The notes: generated from the letters alone by a model not told the origin. A stretch of 64,000 nucleotides of DNA from Kofleriaceae bacterium (GCA_965215005.1 CBDCCZ010000018.1:256001-320000), one strand, 5' to 3'; shown: positions 52,441 through 62,344, numbered from the stretch's first letter. Numbers and translations: made by a program.

Positions 52441-53595
52441 TTGACCGAGAACCGCTACATATACCTCGATAACGCCGCCACCACCCGGCTCGCGGCCCCC
52501 GTCGCCGAGTGCATGCACCGCTGCGCCATGCACGAATTCGCCAATCCTGCCTCGCTGCATCACGCGGGTATCGCGGCGGAGCGACGCGTGAAGGGCGCGC
52601 GCGAGCAACTGCTGGCGGCGATTGGCGACGCTGGCGGAACACGTGGCGAGCTGATTTGGACCTCGGGCGGCACGGAAGCCGACGCGCTGGGCATCCTCGG
52701 TGGCGGCCGCGCCAACGCGGCGCGCGGTCGCCACGCGCTGGTTGCCGTAAGTGCGCATCCTGCGGTGCGTGAAAACGCCAAGCTGCTTGCGCGCGAAGGC
52801 TGGGAGGTGGAGACGCTGCCGGTGGATGACATGGGCCGCCTGGACCCGCAGCAAGTGGCCGCGGCGGTGCGAGCTGACACCACGCTGCTCGCGCTGATGC
52901 TCGTCAACAATGAGCTCGGCACGATTGATGATGTCGCCGCCATCGCGCACGCGGCTCGGCAGCGAGCCAAGGCGCTTCACGTGCACTGCGATGCGGTGCA
53001 GGCACTCGGCAAGGTCGAGCTTGACGTGGCGAGCTTGGGCGTCGACTCGCTGGCGCTTGCTGCGCACAAGCTGCACGGGCCGAAAGGCGTAGGCGCGCTG
53101 TGGAAGGCGGCTAGCGCGCGGCTCGTGCCGCTGTGGGGCGGCGGCGGGCAACAGCGGCAGGGGCGCGCGGGCACCCTCAATGTGCCCGGCATCGCCGGCT
53201 TTGGCGTCGCTGCCGAGCTCGCGGTGAGCGAGCGCTCAGAGTTGCAAGAACGGTGGCGGGGCTTCGCTGCAGTATTGGCGGCGGCGGCGGCCGAGTCAGC
53301 AGTCGAGCACCGCGAAAATGCCGCGCATGGGCCGCGTGCAGCGCATATCGTGAGCCTGTCGTTTCGTGGCGTTCCTGCCGAGCCGCTGCTGCATGTCCTG
53401 GAAAGCCGCGGCGTGCTCGTGTCTGCTGGCTCAGCGTGCGCCTCGCGCTCGCGCTCCCCTTCGCCAGTGCTCCAGGCGATCGGCGTCGGGCCCGAATGGG
53501 GCACCTTGCGCTTCTCCTTTGGCCGCGAGACCACCTCTTCAGACGTTTCACGCGCCGCTCGGATCTTGATTGATGCCATTGCAGACTTCCGCTGA
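52441..53595 (+). CDS. iscS: Cysteine desulfurase (IscS/NifZ-like, ThiI-associated)
   Basis: YLDNAATT, NPASLH, TSGGTE, VNNELG, HCDAVQ, AHKLHGPKG and SAGSAC motifs. Confidence 0.93.
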   Translation: MTENRYIYLDNAATTRLAAPVAECMHRCAMHEFANPASLHHAGIAAERRVKGAREQLLAAIGDAGGTRGELIWTSGGTEADALGILGGGRANAARGRHALVAVSAHPAVRENAKLLAREGWEVETLPVDDMGRLDPQQVAAAVRADTTLLALMLVNNELGTIDDVAAIAHAARQRAKALHVHCDAVQALGKVELDVASLGVDSLALAAHKLHGPKGVGALWKAASARLVPLWGGGGQQRQGRAGTLNVPGIAGFGVAAELAVSERSELQERWRGFAAVLAAAAAESAVEHRENAAHGPRAAHIVSLSFRGVPAEPLLHVLESRGVLVSAGSACASRSRSPSPVLQAIGVGPEWGTLRFSFGRETTSSDVSRAARILIDAIADFR

Positions 53596-53754
53596 CCAAC
53601 CGACCTCATCCTGTTGCGCGTGTCCGAGATCTTCCTCACGCGAGACCACCTCTTCAAACATTTCACGCGCCGCCCGGACCTCGATTGATGCCATTGCAGA
53701 CTTCCGCTGAACCAACCGACCTCATCCTGTTGCGCGTATCCGAGATCTTTCTCA
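53524..53754 (+). repeat. Diverged 115/116-bp tandem duplication spanning the iscS stop and thiI start
   Basis: Copies at 53524-53638 and 53639-53754. Manual alignment gives 7 substitutions and one 1-nt indel. Confidence 0.95.
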
Positions 53755-54872
53755 AAGGAAGAAATCGCCGCAGCTTCTTTCAAGCACTCGTGCGAAACGC
53801 GCGGCGGCTGGTGAGCGACCTCGACGGCGTGAGCGTGCACGCGCGCTACATGCGCGTGGCCGTCGAGCATCCCCCTGCGTTGCGCCAGGCGTGCCTCGAC
53901 CGCCTCGCGCGAGTGTTTGGCATGGCGTCCATGTCTCCCGCCGTGCGCGTCGAGCCCAGCGTCGAAGCCATCGCAAGCGCGGCCGTCGAGCAAGCGCACG
54001 CCCTTACAGAGGGCAGTTTCAAAGTTGAGTCCAAACGACGCGACAAGCGGTTTCCGCTTACCTCGCAAGAGCTTTCACGGCAAGTCGGAACCGCAGTCGC
54101 TTTGGCCACTGAGCGCCCCGTCGACGTGCACCACCCTAACCACGTTCTGCGCATCGAGGTCGGCGATGAAGACGCCTACGTCTTCTCCCGCGTCATCGAA
54201 GGTCCGAGCGGCTTGCCCGTAGGCACCGCTGGCAATGTCACTTTGCTACTCTCCGGCGGCATCGACTCGCCCGTTGCGGGCTGGTCTGCTATGCGCCGCG
54301 GTTGTCGATTGAACGCTGTCTACTTTCACTCGTTTCCGTACACCGGCGATAAGACTAAAGAGAAAGTCCTCGATCTAGCCAGAATCCTGGCCCCATGGCA
54401 GGGCCGCCTCGCCGTGCATATCGTTCATTTCACCGACGTGCAAAAGCAGCTCCGCGCTGCCGCCCGCCCCGACCTCGCCGTGCTCATGTATCGCCGCATG
54501 ATGATGCGCGTCGCCAGCCGCATCGCCGCCCGCGAGCACTGCCTCGCCCTCATCACCGGCGACAACCTCGGCCAAGTCGCCTCCCAAACCCTCGAAAACC
54601 TCCGCGTCGTCGAAGACGCCGCCACCCTGCCCGTCCTCCGCCCCCTCCTCACCTTCGACAAGCTCGACATCATCGCCCGCGCCCGCGCCATCGGCACCTT
54701 CGACACCTCCACCCTCCCCTACGAAGACTGCTGCTCCCTCTTCGTCCCCAAACACCCTGCCACCCGTGCCCGCATCCGCGACCTCACCCGCGCCGAAGCC
54801 GGCCTCGACCTCGAAACCCTCACCACCACCCTCACCGACTCCACCGAGCGCATCATCCTCGGCGACAGCTAA
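53688..54872 (+). CDS. thiI: tRNA 4-thiouridine synthase ThiI (no rhodanese domain)
   Basis: EIFLKGRNR, THUMP, LLSGGIDSPVA, TGDNLGQVASQT, LRPL and EDCC motifs. Confidence 0.96.
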   Translation: MPLQTSAEPTDLILLRVSEIFLKGRNRRSFFQALVRNARRLVSDLDGVSVHARYMRVAVEHPPALRQACLDRLARVFGMASMSPAVRVEPSVEAIASAAVEQAHALTEGSFKVESKRRDKRFPLTSQELSRQVGTAVALATERPVDVHHPNHVLRIEVGDEDAYVFSRVIEGPSGLPVGTAGNVTLLLSGGIDSPVAGWSAMRRGCRLNAVYFHSFPYTGDKTKEKVLDLARILAPWQGRLAVHIVHFTDVQKQLRAAARPDLAVLMYRRMMMRVASRIAAREHCLALITGDNLGQVASQTLENLRVVEDAATLPVLRPLLTFDKLDIIARARAIGTFDTSTLPYEDCCSLFVPKHPATRARIRDLTRAEAGLDLETLTTTLTDSTERIILGDS

Positions 54873-55200
54873 CGCGGCGCAGGAACCCTTCCCGCAGCCT
54901 CCCTCGAGCATCGCCGTTGCGCTCGGTCGCGCAATCCCGCTCCCAGCCCCCGCCTACGAGCTTCACCAGCGCCCCCGTCCCCTCACTCGCCGCGAATCAA
55001 CAAGCGCCCACTGTTCGTCACCAGCGCACAATCCTCATCTCCACTACAAACCTGCACTCGCTGCAACCCCTCGGCCCCATCCTTTCCAACCGCCCCCGTA
55101 ACTAAGCCCTGCCCCCACCGTCGCGCCCATCACGGGCGCTAATCGCCTCGCCGCAGTGCCGTCGATCCCCACGGCGGGGGACGCGTACGCACAGGGATCC

Positions 55201-55404
55201 TCACGGGCGGAGCGCGGCGTAATGGGCCGCCACCTCGGCGGGGGACCATTCGTGGTTGTAGACGTTGACCTCGTCGATGTCGCCCAGGAAGTAACCCGAG
55301 CTCGAGTAGCGGCCCACCGTGACCTCGTGCTCCCCGCGGGCGATCGGCAGGGACGGTGTTTCCTGTTCGCCGACCAACGTCCCGTCGATGTAGAGACGAA
55401 TCAC
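55201..55404 (-). pseudogene. LamG/concanavalin-A-like domain C-terminal fragment
   Basis: IRLYIDG...VGR...YFLGDIDEVNVYNHEWSPAEVAAHY is a typical LamG ending; only about 67 codons remain. Confidence 0.6.
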
Positions 55405-57164
55405 GCCGTGCCCGTCTCCGCCAAACCGGTTGTGGGTGCCGCTCGATCCAGAGGTGCGTGGCGGGATTCGAGGGAGTGGCTGTCGCGATTCGCGATCCGC
55501 TTGGCGGTCAATCTGCGCAGGCGGCGGTGGCTGATCGTGAATCCGTTGATGGCACCGGCGCTGTTGCGGGTGAAGGTAACGGTGCCCAGTGGGCCGCCGA
55601 CGAAGCGGTCTCCTCCGACGGGCTCGAGGGGGAGTTGCATCTGCCGTGGCCAGTGTAGGCTGAGCGTGTCGCCGTTGAGACGCACGGTAAAGGTGGCGTC
55701 GATCTCATCGATTCGATACTCGCCGACGAATGCCGACAGGTCCGATGTGGCGGGTCGAGGCAGAGTCACTTGTTGGAAGACGCGCGGCTGGGGCCAGTAG
55801 TCGAAGATGCGGACCTCGCGCGGAGCTTCATCCGCAGGGGTGGTGAAGCTCCAATGTTCCACGTCATCGCCAGCGCGGAACTCGCCCTCTCCCAAGGGCA
55901 CGAGCACCTCGAGCGCCGGGGGAGCACCGCGCCGACGGAGCGCTCCGTCGCGCCATTCCACCTGGACGACCTCATCGGAATGCGAGCTCCAATAGGTTCC
56001 GGAAAATTGCCTCTGCTCTGCCTCCGGCACCGCCGTGGCGGGAACGGTTGTCTTGGCTAGGCGGTCGCCGAGATACAGCGCTGCAATCTTGCGAGTGAGC
56101 TCATGCGGTGATGCAGTGGCGGCATTGCAGAGCGCGACGACCGTGAGTTGCTGGTCTGGAAAGGTGACTAGATCCGCGCGGTATCCGGCGTCGATTCCCT
56201 GATGGCCCTCGCTGCGGAGCCCCCGGTGCGTCTCCACTCGGCGGCCCTTGGCGTAGCCGGTGGACGTTCCGTCGTTCAACGTGCCGGGGGTTCGCATCCA
56301 GTCCACCAGTGCTTTGCCGCCGACGCGGGGGTGGTCGAAGTTCTGCTCCCACTTCAGCAGATCGCCCACGGTGGTGAAAAGGCTGGTCGAGCCGTAATGA
56401 TCAAAGACTGGAATACTGATCCGCCACTGGCCATCTGGACCCAGGCGATAGGCAGACGTCCTTCCCGGTACGAGCTCCGTATGATCGACATGGAAGTGTG
56501 TGTCGTTCATAGCGAGTGGCTTGAAGATGCGCTCGGCGGCGAGCTGCCTCAGCGTTTGGCCGGACGCGCGCTTCACAATCTCGGCGAGCAGCGTGTAGCC
56601 CATGTTGTTGTAGAGCGCCTCAGTGCCGGGCTGAAAATTCAGCCCCCGCTGCTTCGCGGCAACCCACAACACATCGTCTGTGGCCATCACATCATCGTCT
56701 CTCCACCCCGCGAGAGCGAGCAGCACTCCCTGCTCCCGTAAGCCGCTGGTGTGGTGAAGCAAGTGTGAGACTGTGATGGGCTTGCCGTAGTCGGGTAGCT
56801 CAGGCAAGTAGGTTCGAATGTCGTCTGTGAGCGATAGCGTTCCGTCTTGCGCCAACAGGCCTATTGCAAGGGCGGTGAACTGCTTGGCGATAGAGGCAGC
56901 GTGGAAGATTGAAGTGGGTGTGATCGGAACGGCGTGTTCTAGGTCGGCCATGCCGTAGCCGCGCACGTAGTCCACGACGCCGTGCTGGGCGATTCCCACC
57001 GCACAACCAGGGGTAGTCGGTCGATTCCAGGGCTCGAAGAGCGCGTCCACCTGGGCATGGCGGTCAGCGGGAGCACGAGGCGCAAGAGAGACTGGCGCTG
57101 CGGGGCGCGCGGCGCAGGCCGCCGCAGTGAGCACCGCCAGGAGGAGAAGTTGGCTTGGTTGCAT
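55401..57164 (-). CDS. Serine hydrolase, beta-lactamase/D-aminopeptidase-like lipoprotein
   Basis: Lipobox AAAC; SIAK (SxxK), LLHHTSG, YNNMGY, IFKPLAM and H.G motifs; C-terminal beta domains. Confidence 0.9.
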   Translation of the reverse strand: MQPSQLLLLAVLTAAACAARPAAPVSLAPRAPADRHAQVDALFEPWNRPTTPGCAVGIAQHGVVDYVRGYGMADLEHAVPITPTSIFHAASIAKQFTALAIGLLAQDGTLSLTDDIRTYLPELPDYGKPITVSHLLHHTSGLREQGVLLALAGWRDDDVMATDDVLWVAAKQRGLNFQPGTEALYNNMGYTLLAEIVKRASGQTLRQLAAERIFKPLAMNDTHFHVDHTELVPGRTSAYRLGPDGQWRISIPVFDHYGSTSLFTTVGDLLKWEQNFDHPRVGGKALVDWMRTPGTLNDGTSTGYAKGRRVETHRGLRSEGHQGIDAGYRADLVTFPDQQLTVVALCNAATASPHELTRKIAALYLGDRLAKTTVPATAVPEAEQRQFSGTYWSSHSDEVVQVEWRDGALRRRGAPPALEVLVPLGEGEFRAGDDVEHWSFTTPADEAPREVRIFDYWPQPRVFQQVTLPRPATSDLSAFVGEYRIDEIDATFTVRLNGDTLSLHWPRQMQLPLEPVGGDRFVGGPLGTVTFTRNSAGAINGFTISHRRLRRLTAKRIANRDSHSLESRHAPLDRAAPTTGLAETGTA

Positions 57165-57187
57165 GCGAGCTCGTAGCGGCTACATCG

Positions 57188-58733
57188 CTACTTCTGCTCG
57201 AAGACGATGGGAAACTGCGTAGAGATGCCCTCGGTGGAGCGGCGAAACTGCCATTTGCGCATGCGCGCTAGCAGGCACTTGCCAAGCTCGTCGTTGGCGT
57301 GGTCGGAGAGGTCGACGTTGGTGACGGTTCCGGCGGCGTTGACGATCATGCGGACGTCGATGCGGCGCACGCGCAAGAACGGATCGGCTTTGAGGGCGCG
57401 CTCGTAGCAGCGTCGTGTGCCGGTAGCGTACTTGCGTGAGACGGAAACGATGTCGAGCGGCGACAGGGGCTGGATGGCATCGTCGCCAAGGGTGATTTCG
57501 CTGAGGCCGCCGCCGCCGGAGGGTTTGGTGGGCGTGGTGACGCGGCCGGTGTTGACGCGATCGCGGCTGGTGGTGCGCGCTCCGCCTGCTCTAGTGGGTT
57601 GGCTATCGTCGGCTTTGGAGCCGACGCGCGGCAGAACGCGCTCGGGGTCGCCCAATCGATAGCCGAGCTCTTCGAGGCTGCCGGCGATGCCGCCGCCCGA
57701 GCCGGCGCGCAGCTCACTGTCGTTGGACTGGCCACGCAGCAGCAAGAACAACAGCAACGCGGCGATCGCGGTGATGCCGACGCCACCGATCAACAGCAGC
57801 GGCATTCGCGAGTGCCGGGGCGAGCTCGTGAGGATGCTCGGGGAGGCATCGGCGATGGCCGCGTCGGAGAGCGCCCGCTCATCGAGAGCACCGGCGATCA
57901 TCGGCGCAGCACCAGCAACGGGCAGCGACGCCGCGGGACCGGTGCCGCGACCAACACGATCGTTGCCCTTACTCTCACCACTGGCGCGCGGAGTCGTCGG
58001 CGCCATCAAGTCGCGCAGGTTGACGACCCGCGACACCTCACCGATGTCGAGATCGAGGCCGTCCTCGCCATCGCCGGCGGAGCTCTCGGTTCTGGGCCGC
58101 GCCTCGGGAAATAGCGCCCCTCCGGAGGAGCCGTTGCGGGTGGTCGAGCGCGCGGGCGAAGAGCTAGCGCCAAACAACGAGCCGTCGCCGCTGGTGGACC
58201 CGCGCGCTGGTGCGGCGGTGTGCGCCGCTGTTTGCGCGGTGTCGGCGCGGTCGCGCAAGCCGCGAAAGTGGCTGATCTTGTCGACCGGTAGCCAATCGTC
58301 CGAAGCCTTCGCTCCAACAAAACAGCTCCGCCCCGACCGGTTTGCCGGCAACCCATTCGCACGCGTCGGTCACCGAGTACGGCCCCGCCTGCACGCCGTC
58401 GATCGAGACGTACCAGTCGGCAGCCAAGCTCTTGGGTGCCACCAAGCTATCGGACGCGCTCGGGTCGCTCGACTTCTTCAGAACGTCCTCGAACGCGCCG
58501 CGCAGCGGCGAGGGGACGCCTGGATCGGTGTCGGGTGAGGCGCCGCGACGAATGCGGGCGCCGACCTCACTGGCACCGCGCGCGCGGTCATCGGCGGCGG
58601 CGCTGGTGTCGCTGGCTTCACGTACGGTGACGACCGCCGAGCAATTCTTGCAGCGAATCTTGAGGATCTTGCCGCGCACGCGATCGTCGCCGATCGAGTA
58701 ACGCGTCTTGCAACGATCACATTGAAACTTCAT
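57188..58733 (-). pseudogene. AgmX/GltJ-like protein (Zn ribbon-GYF_2-TM-TonB-C-like) split by a +1 frameshift at ~58300
   Basis: Frame 1: MKFQCDRCKTRY...KIRCKNC...WYVSIDGVQAGP...CWSEGF. Frame 2 continues DDWLPVDKI...TM...CYERALKADP...CL...WQF. There is one extra G in TTC-G-GAC. Confidence 0.8.
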
Positions 58734-59111
58734 TCGTCGACGTGCAGTGGAGGGAGCGTCGGCCGTCGCTGGAGCGGACGGCGCTGGCTGCGTCGTTCTT
58801 GGTTTTAGCAAACGCCCGTAGATAAATGAAGAAGCGCGCTCCCAGAACCAGCGCGATAGACGCGAGTCGTGCGGCGAATGTGGGAGTTCGCATGACGCTG
58901 TTGCAGCGCTCTTACCCGCCGCATACGGCAAGCGGCCGGCGCAACCGGGGCTTATGGTGGCACGACAGGTTCGACGGCCGGTGTTTCCCCGCAACCTGCC
59001 GGAGCGGCGCACAAATCTCGTCCTGCGCGAGCTAGCGTGATAGGCGTTCCGACTCGCAGCCGCGGAGCCGGTCGATGCTGGCCCGTCGCCACTTCGCAGG
59101 CACCGCCGAGG

Positions 59112-60467
59112 TTACCCCTGCAGCCACTCCAGGGGGCCGCGCCCGGCATTGCCGAATCGGTCGACGTCGGCCAAGCCCATGTGCCTTGCGATGGAGACGA
59201 AGAGCTGATGCAACACCAGCGCTCGATCCTCGCTCGAGCCCGCCGCTTCGAAGTGACGCCCGGTGCGGTAGGCGCCCATGGAGTTGCCGAACAACACCAC
59301 CGGCACGTTGTCGTTGGAGTGCGGTCCCCCGGCACCGAACTCCGAGGTCCAGAGAACGAGCGTGCTCTCTAACAGCGGGCGGCCATCGGCGTCCATGGTG
59401 GTGGCGAGCTTGTCGACGATGTCCATGACCTTGGACGAAAACCAGTTGTAGAAGAGCTCCAGCGCGGGAGCGGCGCTGGCGCTCGGCTGATGCGTCCAAG
59501 CGTGCATCTGAGGGCCGGAATCGCCGGAATCGACGACATCTGACGCGGGCACTGCGTAAGACTCGGGGATCGCAAACCGCGCCGCCTCGTTGCCGAGAGA
59601 GACGCCAATGACGCGGGTGACGTCGCAGGTAAAGGCGAGCGCCATGAGGTCGGTGAAGGCGGTCATCGCCTCGTCGCGTGCTTCGCGACCGGTCCACGCG
59701 GCCGATTCGCCGAGGGAGGTGCGCGGTGCATCGGGCACCGTGCAGGCCCTCTGCGCGGCGTCCATCGAGCGGGCTACGCTCTTCTCCAGCGACTCGATGT
59801 TGCCGCAGTGAAAGTCGAGCATCTCGCGGCCTTCGCTGGTGAGCTGGCCGCGGAGGCGCGCACAGTCGCCGGCGAGTCGATCGAGGACGAAGTGCTTGCG
59901 AACCAAGCGCGGCGAGGGCCCACTGCCGTCGCCGATGGTTCGCGTGATATCCGCGAGCGCCTCAAACGGATTGCTGATGGGCACCAAGCGTTTGCCGGCG
60001 GCTTCATAGAAGGAGCCGTTGGCGTTATCGTGCAGGCCCCACAAGAGTGAGCGCTTGGGCGTGACCACACCGCGCTTTTCGAGCTCCTTGGCGATGAACT
60101 GATCGAGCGACGGACCGGTCGCTGAGTTGGTTCCCTGGGTGGTGGTGGCCGTAAGCGCTCCCACCGAACCGGATTGGTGGCCGTACTCATTGTGAGTGCC
60201 GAAGGGAACGCCGGGCTGGTGGCAGCGGTGAAAGAATAGGCCGCTGGATTTGTGACGCTCGAGGGGCCGCCACCACGGCAGGATGTTGAAGTCGAGCTCG
60301 GTTCCTTCTGTTGGCCCCACCACGTGCTGCGGACCGTTGGGGCTGCACAGGATCACCACTCGACGAGGCGGCTGCGCGGCCTGCGCAAAGGATAGAATAG
60401 GCCGCAACACGGGCACTGCCGCAGCACCCAGCGCGAGCTGGCCGAGAAATCGTCGTCTGTTGATCAT
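59112..60467 (-). CDS. DUF1552-family Tat-exported protein
   Basis: MINRRRFL signal; PNG, GPSLDQFIA, LAFTCDVTRV, DADG..LLE.TLV.W.SE and HS..NVP motifs. Confidence 0.85.
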   Translation of the reverse strand: MINRRRFLGQLALGAAAVPVLRPILSFAQAAQPPRRVVILCSPNGPQHVVGPTEGTELDFNILPWWRPLERHKSSGLFFHRCHQPGVPFGTHNEYGHQSGSVGALTATTTQGTNSATGPSLDQFIAKELEKRGVVTPKRSLLWGLHDNANGSFYEAAGKRLVPISNPFEALADITRTIGDGSGPSPRLVRKHFVLDRLAGDCARLRGQLTSEGREMLDFHCGNIESLEKSVARSMDAAQRACTVPDAPRTSLGESAAWTGREARDEAMTAFTDLMALAFTCDVTRVIGVSLGNEAARFAIPESYAVPASDVVDSGDSGPQMHAWTHQPSASAAPALELFYNWFSSKVMDIVDKLATTMDADGRPLLESTLVLWTSEFGAGGPHSNDNVPVVLFGNSMGAYRTGRHFEAAGSSEDRALVLHQLFVSIARHMGLADVDRFGNAGRGPLEWLQG

Positions 60468-62158
60468 TGGCTTACCCTCACGCGCACGAAGTCCTCGGAA
60501 CGCACCACGGCATCGAGAAGCTCGCGGATTTGCCCGCGGCTGCCGACTGCTGCGCCCTCCAATGCGTCCACCAATGCGCGGTCGTCCTCGCCTTCGAAGT
60601 AACCAAAGGCCCAGCGAAACATGCGCCGTGCCACGCATTGCATCGGCTTGGGATGCTCGGCGAGCAGCCCGGCCATGTCGCTGGCGTTGTCGAACGCGGT
60701 GAGCTCTGCGTCGATGAGTAGCGAGCCTGCGGTGTCAAAGGCGCGCTCCTGTGAGTCGGTGGCGCGATACCGGCCGATCGGATCGAAGTTGAGAAACGCG
60801 AATCCCGGCGGTCCGATGAGCGCATGACAGCTTTGACAGGCGGCGCCCGAGGTACGGAACTCCAGGCGCTCGCGGAACGTCTCGCCTTCGATCTCCGATT
60901 CGTCGACCTCGGGGATCGTCGGAGGCGAGGTGATAACGGTGCACAGAAGGTGCTCATTGATGAACTTGCCGAGCGAGAACGGCGACGCGCCGCTCTCTTT
61001 GGTGTGTGCCGACAGCACCGTGGGATGCATCAGGATGCCGCGTCGCTGCGTCGAGTCGAGGGCACGCTCTTCGAGCTCCTCGCCCAGCTCCGAGGCCTCG
61101 ACGCCGACGATCGCCGCGACCTCGCGCTCAACCACATACCTTTCGGTACCCAGCAGCGCGGCGAGCCCTGCTTCCTGCGTGAACAGCACCTCGTCCACCG
61201 TTGCCCGCAGGCTCTCTTCCGCCAACGCCGCGAGCGTGGCCGGCGTGCCTTCGAGAATCTCGGGGTCTTTGCTCGCGATGCCTCCTTGCGTGAGGCCCAT
61301 CCAGTCGAAGACGAAGCCTTGCAAGCCACGCCGCGCGCGTGGATCGGCGAGCATGCGCTCGAGCTGCATGACCCGCTGCTCGGGATCGGCGAGCGCGCCG
61401 GATTCGGCCGCATCCAAGAGCATCGCATCGGGACCGGATTGCCAGATGAGAAAGCTCAGGCGCGAAGCGACCTCGGCGGGCGTCAAACGCCGGCTCGAGC
61501 CCTGCACCTGCCCTTCGCCAATCTCGCGGCGATAGAGAAACTCTGGCGATGACAGCACCGTCGAGATCAACGTCATGAGCCTCTCGCGCGGCGTCGCACC
61601 AGCGCTGGCATCATCCAATAGCGCCAGGTACGGCGCGGCGAGCTCGGCGTCGGCGCCGCGCAGCGCGAGGCGCAAGAAGTCTGCTGCCCAATCTCTGGCG
61701 CAGCTGCCGTCTTGGGGGTCGCAAGCGAGCGTCGCGACGGCTTCGCCGGCGAGCTCGGCGCCGAGCTCATAGAAGCGCTCGACTTCGTCGTAGCCGATGG
61801 CCTGCGCCATCGCGATTTGACCGTGGCCGGCGACGATGCGCTCCTTTGGTATGCGATCGAGCGGTACGGCGACCCCGAGAAGGTCTTCGGCAAGATTCTT
61901 GTACTCGTTTTGCGTGAGTCGCCGGATTCCCGGCGAGTGGCGATAGTTGGGCAGCCCATCGGCACCGATGCCAGGCCCGTCGCTGGGATCGTCTGGGGTC
62001 GCGCCGGAGGGCTCCTCGATAGATCCGGCGCACGAGGCCAGCGCCGCAGCGACTGCAAGTCCGATGATCCGCGGCGACCGTCGCCGATGTGAGGGAAGAG
62101 AAGCAGCGCCGCTCTGCTGCCCTTCCCGCGCCTTAGAACTGCTTGGCTGATCGCGCAC
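60464..62158 (-). CDS. DUF1592/DUF1588/DUF1585-family lipoprotein with one CxxCH
   Basis: LASC lipobox; RRLT..EY.N..DLLG, LSSPEFLYR, ASRLSF.IW.S.PD, RRGIL, TFRER, CQSCH and FDPIGRYR motifs. Confidence 0.85.
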   Translation of the reverse strand: MRDQPSSSKAREGQQSGAASLPSHRRRSPRIIGLAVAAALASCAGSIEEPSGATPDDPSDGPGIGADGLPNYRHSPGIRRLTQNEYKNLAEDLLGVAVPLDRIPKERIVAGHGQIAMAQAIGYDEVERFYELGAELAGEAVATLACDPQDGSCARDWAADFLRLALRGADAELAAPYLALLDDASAGATPRERLMTLISTVLSSPEFLYRREIGEGQVQGSSRRLTPAEVASRLSFLIWQSGPDAMLLDAAESGALADPEQRVMQLERMLADPRARRGLQGFVFDWMGLTQGGIASKDPEILEGTPATLAALAEESLRATVDEVLFTQEAGLAALLGTERYVVEREVAAIVGVEASELGEELEERALDSTQRRGILMHPTVLSAHTKESGASPFSLGKFINEHLLCTVITSPPTIPEVDESEIEGETFRERLEFRTSGAACQSCHALIGPPGFAFLNFDPIGRYRATDSQERAFDTAGSLLIDAELTAFDNASDMAGLLAEHPKPMQCVARRMFRWAFGYFEGEDDRALVDALEGAAVGSRGQIRELLDAVVRSEDFVRVRVSQ

Positions 62159-62344
62159 CGCCCGAGCCGTTGCACCGCGTGGACCAAGCTCCTGGCGTGC
62201 CTACAACGGGCAGAAGAACGGCGATGTAGGCGCAGAAGGAAGGACGTAAAATCTCGAAATCTTTAGCGATTCATTCACGCCCTGCCGCCGCTGCGAGCCT
62301 CTCGCCGCGACCACGCGCATGCGGCTTCGTAGCGTTGGGGTCTC

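Noticed and set aside
54375..55105. Pro/Arg-rich and Gly/Glu-rich ORFs overlapping thiI
   Set aside because: By-products of the extreme C-ending codon skew.
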